This document shows positions 15,349 to 23,972 of a stretch of 25,120 nt of DNA, one piece after another. The notes under the pieces were generated by a model that worked only from the letters and a program-made list of their open reading frames with translations, was not told the origin of the DNA and ran no database searches. Source of the DNA: a virus (lineage: Duplodnaviria; Caudoviricetes); IMG/VR virus record IMGVR_UViG_3300043469_000446, positions 1 through 25,120 of that record. One strand, written 5' to 3'. Position numbers and translations under genes: made by a program. Position 1 is the stretch's first letter; each line of letters begins with the position of its first letter.

Positions 15349-16102
15349 AAGAGATGTAACTATTATTCTTGCAACATCAATAATTCCAGGGCACCCAAAT
15401 ACAGACATGATAGATGAAACTATTAAATCTATTAGGCATCATTTTCCTAATAATGAAATAATAATGCAGATTGATGGATTAAGATCAGAGCAGATGCATC
15501 GCAAACAAGATTATGATGAATACAAAAATAGAATTTTATGGAAGTGTCTTCACGAATATAAAAATGTTTTGCCAATTATATTTAATAAGCATAGCCATCA
15601 AAGCACAATGTTAAAACAGACTATCAATCTTATAAATACACCTTGCCTTCTTTATGTTGAAGGAGATGCTCCACTTACCCCCGATGTTGAAATTGATTGG
15701 GACAAGTGTTTAGATATGATTGAGTATGGCAAAGCAAATACAATTAGGTTTCATTTTGAGTCATCAATACCTGAACCCCATAATCATTTGATGTTTGGAT
15801 TAGAGAATGGGTTTATGAAAACATCTCAATGGAGCCAAAGGCCACATTTATCAACTGTTAAATACTATAAAGAAGTTATACTTTCAGGTATAGAAGACTT
15901 TGTTTTTATTGAAGATACTACGCATGGAAGAATTCAAGATGATATCTCTCCATATGAAGTATTTTCTGAAGATGGATGGAATAAGCATAAGTTATGGATA
16001 TATCATCCAGAAGGAAGTATAAAAAGATCATATCACTTGGATGGTCGTCAAGGTACAAGAAAGTATACTAGCGATGATCTAACTTGGGGGTATTCTGAGT
16101 GA
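15341..16102 (+). CDS. Putative GT-A fold glycosyltransferase
   Basis: VTIILATS...ETIKSI...LLYVEGD...WSQRPHL...HLDGR; operon context. Confidence 0.65.
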   Translation: MHKRDVTIILATSIIPGHPNTDMIDETIKSIRHHFPNNEIIMQIDGLRSEQMHRKQDYDEYKNRILWKCLHEYKNVLPIIFNKHSHQSTMLKQTINLINTPCLLYVEGDAPLTPDVEIDWDKCLDMIEYGKANTIRFHFESSIPEPHNHLMFGLENGFMKTSQWSQRPHLSTVKYYKEVILSGIEDFVFIEDTTHGRIQDDISPYEVFSEDGWNKHKLWIYHPEGSIKRSYHLDGRQGTRKYTSDDLTWGYSE

Positions 16103-17133
16103 GAGTTGGAATAATTGCAAGATGTGATGATACTGGTCTTGGTAATCAAACTAGGGAATTAGTAAATATGCTAAACCCTGACAAGATTATGCTTATTAAT
16201 TCAAGGTTCTTTAATCAAAATAAACAACATTTTGACTGGTATGATGGATATAATTATACTGCTACACTAAAAGGTTTTCCAACAAGTGCTGAAATATCAA
16301 ATTTTATTACAGGCGTTGACGTAGTAATTAGTTGTGAAACATTCTATAGTCCAAGATTTATTGATATAGCAAGATCTCGTGGAGTTAAAACAATGCTTCA
16401 ATATAACTATGAGTTCTTTGGAAACCTTGTACATACAGAGTGGTCACTTCCAGACGTACTCGTTGCACCTAGCCTATGGAATATGGATAAGATAGTTGAA
16501 CAATTTGGGGATAGGTGTAAGGTTGTTTATTTGCCTCCACCAACAAACCACAAAAACTTTAAGAATGCAAAAGAAAACAATATGTCAAAGAACCATAATC
16601 GCATACTACATATTGGTGGTAAGGCTGCAGTTAAAGATAGAAATGGTACTAACTCTGTAATAGAAATGCTTAACTATTCTGAAGGAAATTACGAAGTTGT
16701 AATTAAAACTCAAACTGATTTAAATATTAAATATAAAAATGAAAGACTAACTATCCAGACTAATACAACAAAAGAACCAGAAGATCTATACTCTGGCTAT
16801 GATGCAATGGTATTGCCTAGAAGGTATGCTGGATTGTGTCTACCTATGAATGAGGCTCTTCTTAGTGGGCTACCTGTTTTCATGCCCCGCATTTCTCCAA
16901 ATAATGCTATCCTCCCTGACAAGTGGACGGTAGAAGCAAATAAGATTGATGAGTTTAAGGCTAAGGCTATTATTGATGTATATGATATTGATGCAAAAAC
17001 CCTTGCAAAAACAATTGATGAATACATGGAAAAGAAAGATAGTTTAATTAAACAAGAAGCATTTGATATTGGATTTGTTAATTTTTCAACAGAGTCATTA
17101 AGAGATAAATACATAAACTTAATTAACTCGTAA
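16099..17133 (+). CDS. GT-B glycosyltransferase (GT4-like)
   Basis: LYSGYDAMVLPRRYAGLCLPMNEALLSGLPV. Confidence 0.88.
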   Translation: MRVGIIARCDDTGLGNQTRELVNMLNPDKIMLINSRFFNQNKQHFDWYDGYNYTATLKGFPTSAEISNFITGVDVVISCETFYSPRFIDIARSRGVKTMLQYNYEFFGNLVHTEWSLPDVLVAPSLWNMDKIVEQFGDRCKVVYLPPPTNHKNFKNAKENNMSKNHNRILHIGGKAAVKDRNGTNSVIEMLNYSEGNYEVVIKTQTDLNIKYKNERLTIQTNTTKEPEDLYSGYDAMVLPRRYAGLCLPMNEALLSGLPVFMPRISPNNAILPDKWTVEANKIDEFKAKAIIDVYDIDAKTLAKTIDEYMEKKDSLIKQEAFDIGFVNFSTESLRDKYINLINS

Positions 17134-17164
17134 AACAAAAAAGCCAGCCTATCTCTAGACTGGC
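17133..17164 (-). terminator. Intrinsic terminator between the convergent blocks
   Basis: Minus strand reads GCCAGTCTAG-AGA-TAGGCTGGC-TTTTTGTTTT. Confidence 0.75.
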
Positions 17165-17181
17165 AATCCTGTAAGTAACTA

Positions 17182-17466
17182 TTACTTCTTTGGCGCTGCT
17201 TTCTTAGCAACAGCCTTTTTTGCAGCCTTCTTTACAGGTGCCTTAGCAGCCTTCAGAGCCGTCTCTACAGCCTTAGCATCTGGCAAGATACCAAAAGCCT
17301 TGTCTGCTGGATTGATTGCTCTAATTGCAACTGGTGCAATTGCTGCTACAAGTGCAGTCCATAGATCCTTTGGATCTGTTACTCCTGCCATATATAGTGC
17401 AAGGCCTGATGCAAGGACTGAGCGTCCGTATGATGCAAGTAGTGCCTTTAGTTGTTCTGTGTTCAT
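17182..17466 (-). CDS. Putative holin-like membrane protein with Lys/Ala-rich tail (94 aa)
   Basis: SYGRSVLA...AIAPVAIRAINPADKAFG resembles actinophage holin-like proteins; AGGAGG SD before ATG 17466. Confidence 0.65.
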   Translation of the reverse strand: MNTEQLKALLASYGRSVLASGLALYMAGVTDPKDLWTALVAAIAPVAIRAINPADKAFGILPDAKAVETALKAAKAPVKKAAKKAVAKKAAPKK

Positions 17467-17474
17467 TTTTCCTC

Positions 17475-17633
17475 CTAGGATAGAACTTTTATTAGTATAG
17501 CATATCCAGCCCATAGCCCTACAATTCCTGCGACTCCCGCAAAAACTGGTGGTGCTGGAACTGGCAATTTGAATGCAGCAAATACTACACCACATCCAAA
17601 ACCTGTTAGCGTTGATAACAATATATCTCTCAT
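17475..17633 (-). CDS. xapX: XapX-domain (DUF1427) small membrane protein (52 aa)
   Basis: GFGCGVVFAAFKLPVPAPPVFAGVAGIVGLWAGY; absent from the ORF track because it is <60 aa. Confidence 0.85.
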   Translation of the reverse strand: MRDILLSTLTGFGCGVVFAAFKLPVPAPPVFAGVAGIVGLWAGYAILIKVLS

Positions 17634-18349
17634 AGATAATCCTTTTTTTCCCAATGTAGTTTTTTATAACCATCTTTAAAGAATCTTCTAACCCCATACT
17701 CTAAAGATTTTTGTTCTTCTTCATTATATTCTTTTTTAAATGAATTCCATTTTTCTCTTTTAATAAATATCATCTGATATATTGGAGTTCCTGCGGGTAT
17801 TATTCCTTGAAATCCCTTTTTAATTAAAAATGGTACTGGTCCAGTAAGTGACCAATTATCTGTATCAATTATTGCATTCATTGTCATAAATGGCAAATCA
17901 AATCTATTTGCTGGATGATAATATAAGGTGCTGTATCCTTTTGGTGTTTTAGGTTCCCAAAAACTATTCCAGTGTTGCTCATTGCTATAGTATCCATCAA
18001 AATTTGGAAGTGAGTTTCTAGATCTAGTTTCTTCCATTCTTGTAGACATTGGCTTAAATGGGCCAGACCAGTTGTATGTGATTATATCTTGTTGGGTTTC
18101 CTCATCAAATCCGTGATTTTTAATTTCTAAATCACACGCTAACTCTTGTGTATAACCTGAAGTTAATGAATCTAAAAATGGAATACATTTCTTTGCTGTT
18201 TCATCCATCTTATTATTATCAAGATCTGATAATGCTGGTGGCATATCTTTAAACCATTGAGGTAAATAGTTTTTGGATGGCTTTGGGTGTGGAACCATAA
18301 TTTCAGTATTTTTATCTTTTGGAATAAAAAAAACATCTTTATCATTCAT
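17630..18349 (-). CDS. DUF6065-like / dUTPase-like family protein, copy 3
   Basis: LPQWFK, KKCIPFLDSLTSGY, TPKGYS, AIIDTDN, AGTPIYQMIFIKR. Confidence 0.8.
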   Translation of the reverse strand: MNDKDVFFIPKDKNTEIMVPHPKPSKNYLPQWFKDMPPALSDLDNNKMDETAKKCIPFLDSLTSGYTQELACDLEIKNHGFDEETQQDIITYNWSGPFKPMSTRMEETRSRNSLPNFDGYYSNEQHWNSFWEPKTPKGYSTLYYHPANRFDLPFMTMNAIIDTDNWSLTGPVPFLIKKGFQGIIPAGTPIYQMIFIKREKWNSFKKEYNEEEQKSLEYGVRRFFKDGYKKLHWEKKDYL

Positions 18350-18794
18350 TAATTTTTTCATTTTCTTCTGGAAGCAGTGTCTTTAATTCTTTATATGCTT
18401 TTGAAATATTCTTCATAGATGGATAGTCTGGCCTTGACATAGACAGAGCATCTCCATATTCGTCAAAGTGTGATATGTCTGCATCAACATCATTAACAAA
18501 ACTAGTTAATCCTTTTTGCACACTTTCAATATATGAAAAAGCCCAGTCTCGTGAATCAGAAAGAAACTTAATAAAATTTTCTTTATGTATTGAATCATCT
18601 GAATCTTCTTTTATTTTTGTAGACTTGGTTATATCAACATATTCTTGAAGCAAAGTTTTTTCAATAAAAAGTTTTGAAAGATCTCTTTTAAGTTTTATAG
18701 ATTGTTTTAAAACTAATATGTATGAGGCTGCAAAGCAAAGAGACAATGTTGCAAAAACAACCAGAAAAATATCTTTCATATCACCACTCCACAT
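18342..18794 (-). CDS. Hypothetical protein with N-terminal transmembrane anchor
   Basis: ENFIKFLSDSRDWAFSYIE motif; TTGACA(18829)-17-TATAAT-6-ATG. Confidence 0.8.
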   Translation of the reverse strand: MWSGDMKDIFLVVFATLSLCFAASYILVLKQSIKLKRDLSKLFIEKTLLQEYVDITKSTKIKEDSDDSIHKENFIKFLSDSRDWAFSYIESVQKGLTSFVNDVDADISHFDEYGDALSMSRPDYPSMKNISKAYKELKTLLPEENEKINE

Positions 18795-18808
18795 GTTTTA
18801 ATTATATC

Positions 18809-19729
18809 CTAATACCGTGGGTTTGTCAAACTATAAAAATCTTTAAAGTTAGTATTAGTAAAGATCTCATATTCTGCAAGGGTTCTAACGTTTCCAGCAC
18901 CAAATATTCCCTCTTCTTCACCACAAAGAATTCTTTTTTGTTTCTTATATGATATCTCTTCTAATTCTTTCCAGGATAAACCTCTTAAGTTTCTGTCTCC
19001 CCAAATTTTATAGTATCCACCACGAGAATAAAAATGATAAACAATATTTTTTGCAGGAGAATAAATATCCCAACCTCTAGTCCAAGCCCTCATAGCAAAA
19101 CAAATCTCTTCACCAAAGAAACTTAAATCTGGATCATATGGAAGTTCATTAACCATTGCTCCATAAGAAAACATAAAGCCACCAAGAACAGTCTCTGATA
19201 TTTCTGGATCTTCTTTTGCCCTATTTATAAACTCAAGTCTTTCTGCTGTCCATTGATTCTTTCTATTTAATGCTACCTTTTGTCTAGTTGGATATGATTT
19301 TATCTTTGGGTGTTTTTTTATTAAATGCATACCGCCATTACTTTCTGGCTCATATGGGGCAGGGAAATATGAAAGAATAACTGAAGAATGACCAGATATA
19401 TTCTTAGCCCTTTCTAGTTGATCAATAGATATAGTGTCCCAGTCTTTTGCAAATCTTGTGTGTGAGTCAATTTGAAGAAAGTATTCTTCATTATTGTATA
19501 GTTCCATGGCTTTTGCTCTTGCATACCCCGCACCTCTGGCCTCTTTAGAGTGCATAGTTACTAATGACAGGTTTGGAACAAAGTCAAAGTTTGGCATCTC
19601 TAATGGTAATCCTTGATAAACAACGCCAAAGTATAAATTTTCTGGATTGCTGGCATTGTTAATAGCACTCTTAATAGTCCACTCAAGTTCTGGATCACGA
19701 AAAGATGCTATAGATATAAAGATTGTCAT
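18809..19729 (-). CDS. GT60-like (Skp1-type) polypeptide GlcNAc transferase
   Basis: IFISIASFRDPE, ARGAGYAR, YFLQIDSHTRF, PYDPDL.FFGEEI, RAWTRGWDIYSP, YHFY.R. Confidence 0.85.
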   Translation of the reverse strand: MTIFISIASFRDPELEWTIKSAINNASNPENLYFGVVYQGLPLEMPNFDFVPNLSLVTMHSKEARGAGYARAKAMELYNNEEYFLQIDSHTRFAKDWDTISIDQLERAKNISGHSSVILSYFPAPYEPESNGGMHLIKKHPKIKSYPTRQKVALNRKNQWTAERLEFINRAKEDPEISETVLGGFMFSYGAMVNELPYDPDLSFFGEEICFAMRAWTRGWDIYSPAKNIVYHFYSRGGYYKIWGDRNLRGLSWKELEEISYKKQKRILCGEEEGIFGAGNVRTLAEYEIFTNTNFKDFYSLTNPRY

Positions 19730-19956
19730 TTAATAGCCTCTCTTGTAACTAACACTATTGCGCCTTCCATCTCTAATGCCTTTTTTGCATTTAAAACATA
19801 TTGTAATGCCTGTATTTTGTCATCATGAACCATTCTTGCAAATACATATTCATCTAGTTTAATTGTTAAAAAATGTTCATTATCAGTTAATTCTATTTTG
19901 AAATCTTTTGGGGGAATTATAGAATGAAAGGCTCTACGCATTTGATCTGTATACAT
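19726..19956 (-). CDS. Hypothetical protein
   Basis: ORF track; ATGA overlap. Confidence 0.8.
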   Translation of the reverse strand: MYTDQMRRAFHSIIPPKDFKIELTDNEHFLTIKLDEYVFARMVHDDKIQALQYVLNAKKALEMEGAIVLVTREAIK

Positions 19957-20664
19957 CTATCTATAGTCTTTCTTTACCCAAAAATTATTTTTATAAGATC
20001 TTTTAATTGTAGATAAAAATTTTTCTAATTTTATATTAGCATTTTGGTCATATGGTTTAACTTCTCTTGCCCAAGACTCTCTTTTAATAGGGATTATTTG
20101 AACTATTGGAGTTCCTTTTTCAATTATTCCAGTAAAATTATCTTTTATAAAAAATGGAAACTGAACATTAAGGTTATATTTGTCAGTATCAACAACTCCA
20201 TTGACAGAAATAAATGGCAAGTCAAACCTATTCATTGGACTTATAAATAACAAGGAATAGTCTTTAGGAGTTTGTAAAACAAAATCATTATGCCATTTAT
20301 AAACATATTTAGAGTATCCTTCAGGAGATGGTAAACCTTCCCATTGGTCAATAGAATGCTCCGTTATAATCTTTCTACTTGTCCTCCACATAATATATGG
20401 AAGGCCATTGTCTTGTTTTATTACCTCAATATCAGCAGTTAAAAAAACCGTGTATCCAATTGTTAAAGCATCAAAAAATGGAGTACATTTTTTATATGTT
20501 GACATTGTTCCTTTTGGATTTTCAGGAAAAAGTTCTGAGTATGCACCAGTCATTGTTGATGGCGACTTTCTGTACCACTCTGGAACAAATTCAGAAGATG
20601 GAACAATGTTAATAAAACTTTCAAAAAGTTTGTTATTTGGTATTATTTTAATATTTTTTTTCAT
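19957..20664 (-). CDS. DUF6065-like / dUTPase-like family protein, copy 4
   Basis: VPEWYR, KKCTPFFDALTIGY, TPKDYS, GVVDTDKY, KGTPIVQIIPIKR. Confidence 0.8.
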   Translation of the reverse strand: MKKNIKIIPNNKLFESFINIVPSSEFVPEWYRKSPSTMTGAYSELFPENPKGTMSTYKKCTPFFDALTIGYTVFLTADIEVIKQDNGLPYIMWRTSRKIITEHSIDQWEGLPSPEGYSKYVYKWHNDFVLQTPKDYSLLFISPMNRFDLPFISVNGVVDTDKYNLNVQFPFFIKDNFTGIIEKGTPIVQIIPIKRESWAREVKPYDQNANIKLEKFLSTIKRSYKNNFWVKKDYR

Positions 20665-20665
20665 T

Positions 20666-20947
20666 TTATTCCATTGTCAATGCTTGCCAGGTATTAGCCC
20701 AGTCTTGTTTAGTTTTATGTTTATTAAACTCTCTAGATATGTTGCCCATTTCAAGAAATACACCACCCCAAACACCATATTCTTTACCAGAAACACCATT
20801 AGCAAAACATATATTTGATACTGGGCATCTCTGGCAGATTGAGTCTACAATTGGACGTACTTCTACATCATCTTCATACTTATCAAAGAATATGTTAGTA
20901 TCAAGCCCAAGACAGGCTGCTTCATCTTTCCACAAATGTTGTTTCAT
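20666..20947 (-). CDS. whiB: WhiB-family Fe-S transcription factor
   Basis: W...AAC...FF...ICQRCPVSNIC...YGVWGG. Confidence 0.92.
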   Translation of the reverse strand: MKQHLWKDEAACLGLDTNIFFDKYEDDVEVRPIVDSICQRCPVSNICFANGVSGKEYGVWGGVFLEMGNISREFNKHKTKQDWANTWQALTME

Positions 20948-21157
20948 TTACTGACCGTATTTGTTTGGAATGTCCCAACCATTACGATTAAGGTTAAAGG
21001 TTTTTTGTAGGTACCACGCATGTTTCACACGAACACCACTTGGTGAAGTTCTGGCAAGGTCTGATCTTTTACGCTCTACAACGTCCCAGCCAATCCATGC
21101 AAGTTCTTTGTTTTTTTGAACAATTTTTTCCATTTGTGCCAACGAATTGATTATCAT
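20948..21157 (-). CDS. Hypothetical protein
   Basis: ORF track; operon context. Confidence 0.75.
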   Translation of the reverse strand: MIINSLAQMEKIVQKNKELAWIGWDVVERKRSDLARTSPSGVRVKHAWYLQKTFNLNRNGWDIPNKYGQ

Positions 21158-21170
21158 TATATTCTTTCTT

Positions 21171-21521
21171 TTAGTAACGGAAGATTCCTACTTCTACATT
21201 TTTTGATTCTGCAAAAGTTGTTAATTTGGATACTGGCTCTTTTGGTTTACTAAGAAATGCAAAATAGTTTACTTGATCCATGTTGTCATGTACCCAACTT
21301 TCTGGAACTTTGTAAAACTTTATTTTACGACCCCTTGCCTTCATTCCTCTTTCTGAAAGGTTTGAAAACTCTGAAACAAAAGAGTTGACCTTTGTTGGTC
21401 CAACAGAATAGATTATAAAATCTTTTTCTTCTTCTTTCATTCCCGATAAAGCAACACTTATAGCACGAAGGAATAGGTTATAGTCATTAAACTCATTGGT
21501 TCCCTGTACTGCCACTATCAT
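21171..21521 (-). CDS. SLOG/YspA-like protein
   Basis: MIVAVQGTNEFNDY N-terminal motif and Rossmann-like pattern. Confidence 0.55.
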   Translation of the reverse strand: MIVAVQGTNEFNDYNLFLRAISVALSGMKEEEKDFIIYSVGPTKVNSFVSEFSNLSERGMKARGRKIKFYKVPESWVHDNMDQVNYFAFLSKPKEPVSKLTTFAESKNVEVGIFRY

Positions 21522-21912
21522 TTATTTTCCCATTCTTTAAGTTATCCAGGATGAATAACATCTTATCTACTTCTCTTTTTGACATCTTGGTTGTGTCTAA
21601 AGGCTTGCCAGTTTCTGGTCTAACCTTTCCATCCACTGTGTCTCCAACATAAAACATGTTATTTGACACCCAATATGCTCTTTGATCTATTATGACAACT
21701 CTAGTTGTTTGTTTCTCTTTCCAAATTTTAGATTGAGACGTAATAACCTTATCATCAAAAATGTCTTTAAAGAAAAAGTCTTTTAATATATTGTGCATAT
21801 CGCTTTGGCGATATAATATTTTACTAAAAGATTTCTTTCTTTTTTTGTTCATTACTATAATTATAGAGGAAAAAACTATCAATGTCAAGCCGATAGTAAG
21901 AATAGCCTGCAT
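21493..21912 (-). CDS. Hypothetical protein with N-terminal transmembrane segment
   Basis: ORF track; AGGAG SD. Confidence 0.8.
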   Translation of the reverse strand: MQAILTIGLTLIVFSSIIIVMNKKRKKSFSKILYRQSDMHNILKDFFFKDIFDDKVITSQSKIWKEKQTTRVVIIDQRAYWVSNNMFYVGDTVDGKVRPETGKPLDTTKMSKREVDKMLFILDNLKNGKINDSGSTGNQ

Positions 21913-21924
21913 TTTTTCTCCTAA

Positions 21925-22077
21925 CTATTTAGTTATTTTTTTTTCTAATACTGTATCTTTAAACAAAACTCTGTTAAGTTTTAACTGTGCCTGCAGTAAA
22001 TTAAGTTCCATGTCTGCTGCTTTTTGCTTATAAAATGTAACCAATTGTTGTACTTCTTCAATTGTTAAATCTTCCAT
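21925..22077 (-). CDS. Small coiled-coil protein (50 aa)
   Basis: MEDLTIEEVQQLVTFYKQKAADMELNLLQAQLKLNR; GGGG SD. Confidence 0.7.
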   Translation of the reverse strand: MEDLTIEEVQQLVTFYKQKAADMELNLLQAQLKLNRVLFKDTVLEKKITK

Positions 22078-22079
22078 AT

Positions 22080-22451
22080 TTACTTCCCCCTGATACTAAA
22101 TGGACTTCCTTGCCAAACTTTTTCTGTCTTGCTTTTTTCACGCTCAACGATGGCACGACTCCATGCAAACCCTGCATCTCCTCCCCATGCTTCCCACATA
22201 ATTCTTCCATTAGAAGGAAACTCTGGACCATCGTAAAAACCCTTACCTTTTTTATCTACTTCATGACGTGAAAAGAAAGAGTACATTCTCTTAACAGTAT
22301 CAAGAGACATAGATGCACCGCTAACAATATCTGTTGCTCTGCCCCAACCTACTGGAGTTCCAGCCCCTGTTGCCTTGCCATCTTCTTTCCACTTCAAAGC
22401 ACGTCTTGCAGCAGCCTTCATGCCTGCATTAGGTGAGTATGTATCTGCCAT
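22080..22451 (-). CDS. Conserved phage protein (GTPVGWGRA...RMYSFFSRH...WGGDAG domain, seen in head-associated proteins)
   Basis: Motif recognition. Confidence 0.75.
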   Translation of the reverse strand: MADTYSPNAGMKAAARRALKWKEDGKATGAGTPVGWGRATDIVSGASMSLDTVKRMYSFFSRHEVDKKGKGFYDGPEFPSNGRIMWEAWGGDAGFAWSRAIVEREKSKTEKVWQGSPFSIRGK

Positions 22452-22585
22452 TACTTAGCCTTCTTTGGATGCTTCACTTCATATGGACCAAGAATAGATT
22501 TAACTGTACCGTTTTTATTCATGCGTACAATCTTTCCGTCCTTAATTTGTGTTGCATTAAATGATTGTGCTTTTTTCTTTGGCAT
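22451..22585 (-). CDS. Small basic protein (44 aa)
   Basis: MPKKKAQSFNATQIKDGKIVRMNKNGTVKS; TAATG coupling on both sides. Confidence 0.65.
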   Translation of the reverse strand: MPKKKAQSFNATQIKDGKIVRMNKNGTVKSILGPYEVKHPKKAK

Positions 22586-23148
22586 TATTTTAAAAATCCA
22601 TTCCAAAAATTATCTGACCCTAATTCTTTTTCAGACTTATATGTTCCACCACGACGCTTATATTCTTGAACAACCCAAGAATTTGCAACTGCAGAAGGAT
22701 ATACATCAAACTTATCTTTTGCTGCTTGAACAACTCTTGCATATAGTTTAGGATTTGAAGGTGTTGATCCACCACGACGTGGTTGAATCATTTCACCATA
22801 GTTAGGCTTTTTTGCTTTTTCCATTTCATCTTCCACTTCTTCTGACTTTCCAATTGATGAATCATACATTGCCATAGCAACCTCTGAATCCATATTGTGA
22901 TTGTTTATGTCTGCAACAGTTGCATCCTTGTACATCATCCCAATACTATAGGCTGTTGGTTCCCACTTGCCATCTTCTTCTTTATAAATTCTAACAGACA
23001 TTGCTGGGTTTTCTGGTGGCATTGACTCAAGGGCATACTCTGATCCAGGGGTACCTAGTGTTCCACCCTCAACCATAATGTGCTCTACAACGCCATGCAC
23101 AACACCCTCAGATGTCATACCCATAACAAAGTCGCCTTCTTTTATCAT
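22585..23148 (-). CDS. Two-domain phage protein (SH3/Tudor-like N-terminus; DUF5872-like C-terminus)
   Basis: IKEGDFV...GVVEHI; PKLYARV...YPSAVANSWVVQEYKRRGGTY; TATAAT-6-ATG. Confidence 0.7.
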   Translation of the reverse strand: MIKEGDFVMGMTSEGVVHGVVEHIMVEGGTLGTPGSEYALESMPPENPAMSVRIYKEEDGKWEPTAYSIGMMYKDATVADINNHNMDSEVAMAMYDSSIGKSEEVEDEMEKAKKPNYGEMIQPRRGGSTPSNPKLYARVVQAAKDKFDVYPSAVANSWVVQEYKRRGGTYKSEKELGSDNFWNGFLK

Positions 23149-23167
23149 ATACCGATTATATCAGACT

Positions 23168-23497
23168 TTAGTTCTTTAGTAGTCTTTTGACTTCTTCTAA
23201 TGCCCAGATTTCTGGCTTAGTAAGTTTAGAAACCTCAACCTTATCAAGACCTTTTTCAGATATAGTAACTATAGGATCTGGCAATAAAAAATCAATGTTT
23301 AGGTATCCCTTTTCCCATAAATTTAAGAGGTCTTTATTTACCACCTTAAGATGGTCCTCATACATACCTGGCATGACTTCTTGAAGTTTTGGGGTTACGG
23401 CATATAAAAATTCTCCAGTTTCAGCATCTAATCCAGCAACCTCTAAAGCACCTTGAAGTATTAGATTATTGATTAGATCATCTTCAGGACTGCTCAT
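23168..23497 (-). CDS. Hypothetical protein, paralog of 23748-23972
   Basis: LILQGALEVAGLD.ETGEFLY.VT.KL.EV.P.MY. Confidence 0.8.
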   Translation of the reverse strand: MSSPEDDLINNLILQGALEVAGLDAETGEFLYAVTPKLQEVMPGMYEDHLKVVNKDLLNLWEKGYLNIDFLLPDPIVTISEKGLDKVEVSKLTKPEIWALEEVKRLLKN

Positions 23498-23747
23498 ACC
23501 TAATCAACTCTTCTAATTGCTGTCTTGTTTGTGCACCAGTTACACGATGAATCTCAGAGTTATCTTTCATTAAAACAAAGGTAGGTACAGATTTAATTCC
23601 AAAGTCTTGAGTCATTTCAATTTCTGAATCAACATCAATGATAAAGAATTTAGCCATGATTTGCTCACGGTTTAACTCTTCAACAATTGGTCTTGTTTTT
23701 TTACAAGGATTACACCAATCAGCAGTAAAATAAAGAATCATTTTCAT
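23484..23747 (-). CDS. trxA: Thioredoxin
   Basis: FTADWCNPCK, IDVD, IKSVPTF. Confidence 0.93.
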   Translation of the reverse strand: MKMILYFTADWCNPCKKTRPIVEELNREQIMAKFFIIDVDSEIEMTQDFGIKSVPTFVLMKDNSEIHRVTGAQTRQQLEELIRYEQS

Positions 23748-23972
23748 TTATCTTGCTCTAATCTTCCATGTCATAGTCTTTGGCCCTTGATTGATCATCT
23801 CAAACATATTATACTCAAACTCATTTTTAAGTTCCATATATAGTTCTGGATGAACTTCTTCTAGTTTATCTGTAATTGAATAAGTCATTTCTCCGTTAGC
23901 ATCAATACCAGACATCTCAATAGCCCCTTGGACTATTAGATGCTCTAATAAAGCCTGACTTTTTGGATTCAT
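23748..23972 (-). CDS. Hypothetical protein, paralog of 23168-23497
   Basis: LIVQGAIEMSGID.NGEMTY.IT.KL.EV.P.LY. Confidence 0.8.
   Translation of the reverse strand: MNPKSQALLEHLIVQGAIEMSGIDANGEMTYSITDKLEEVHPELYMELKNEFEYNMFEMINQGPKTMTWKIRAR

Noticed and set aside
17182-17697. 171-aa version of the holin-like ORF
   Set aside because: The extension overlaps the XapX gene in another frame, and a strong AGGAGG SD supports ATG 17466.
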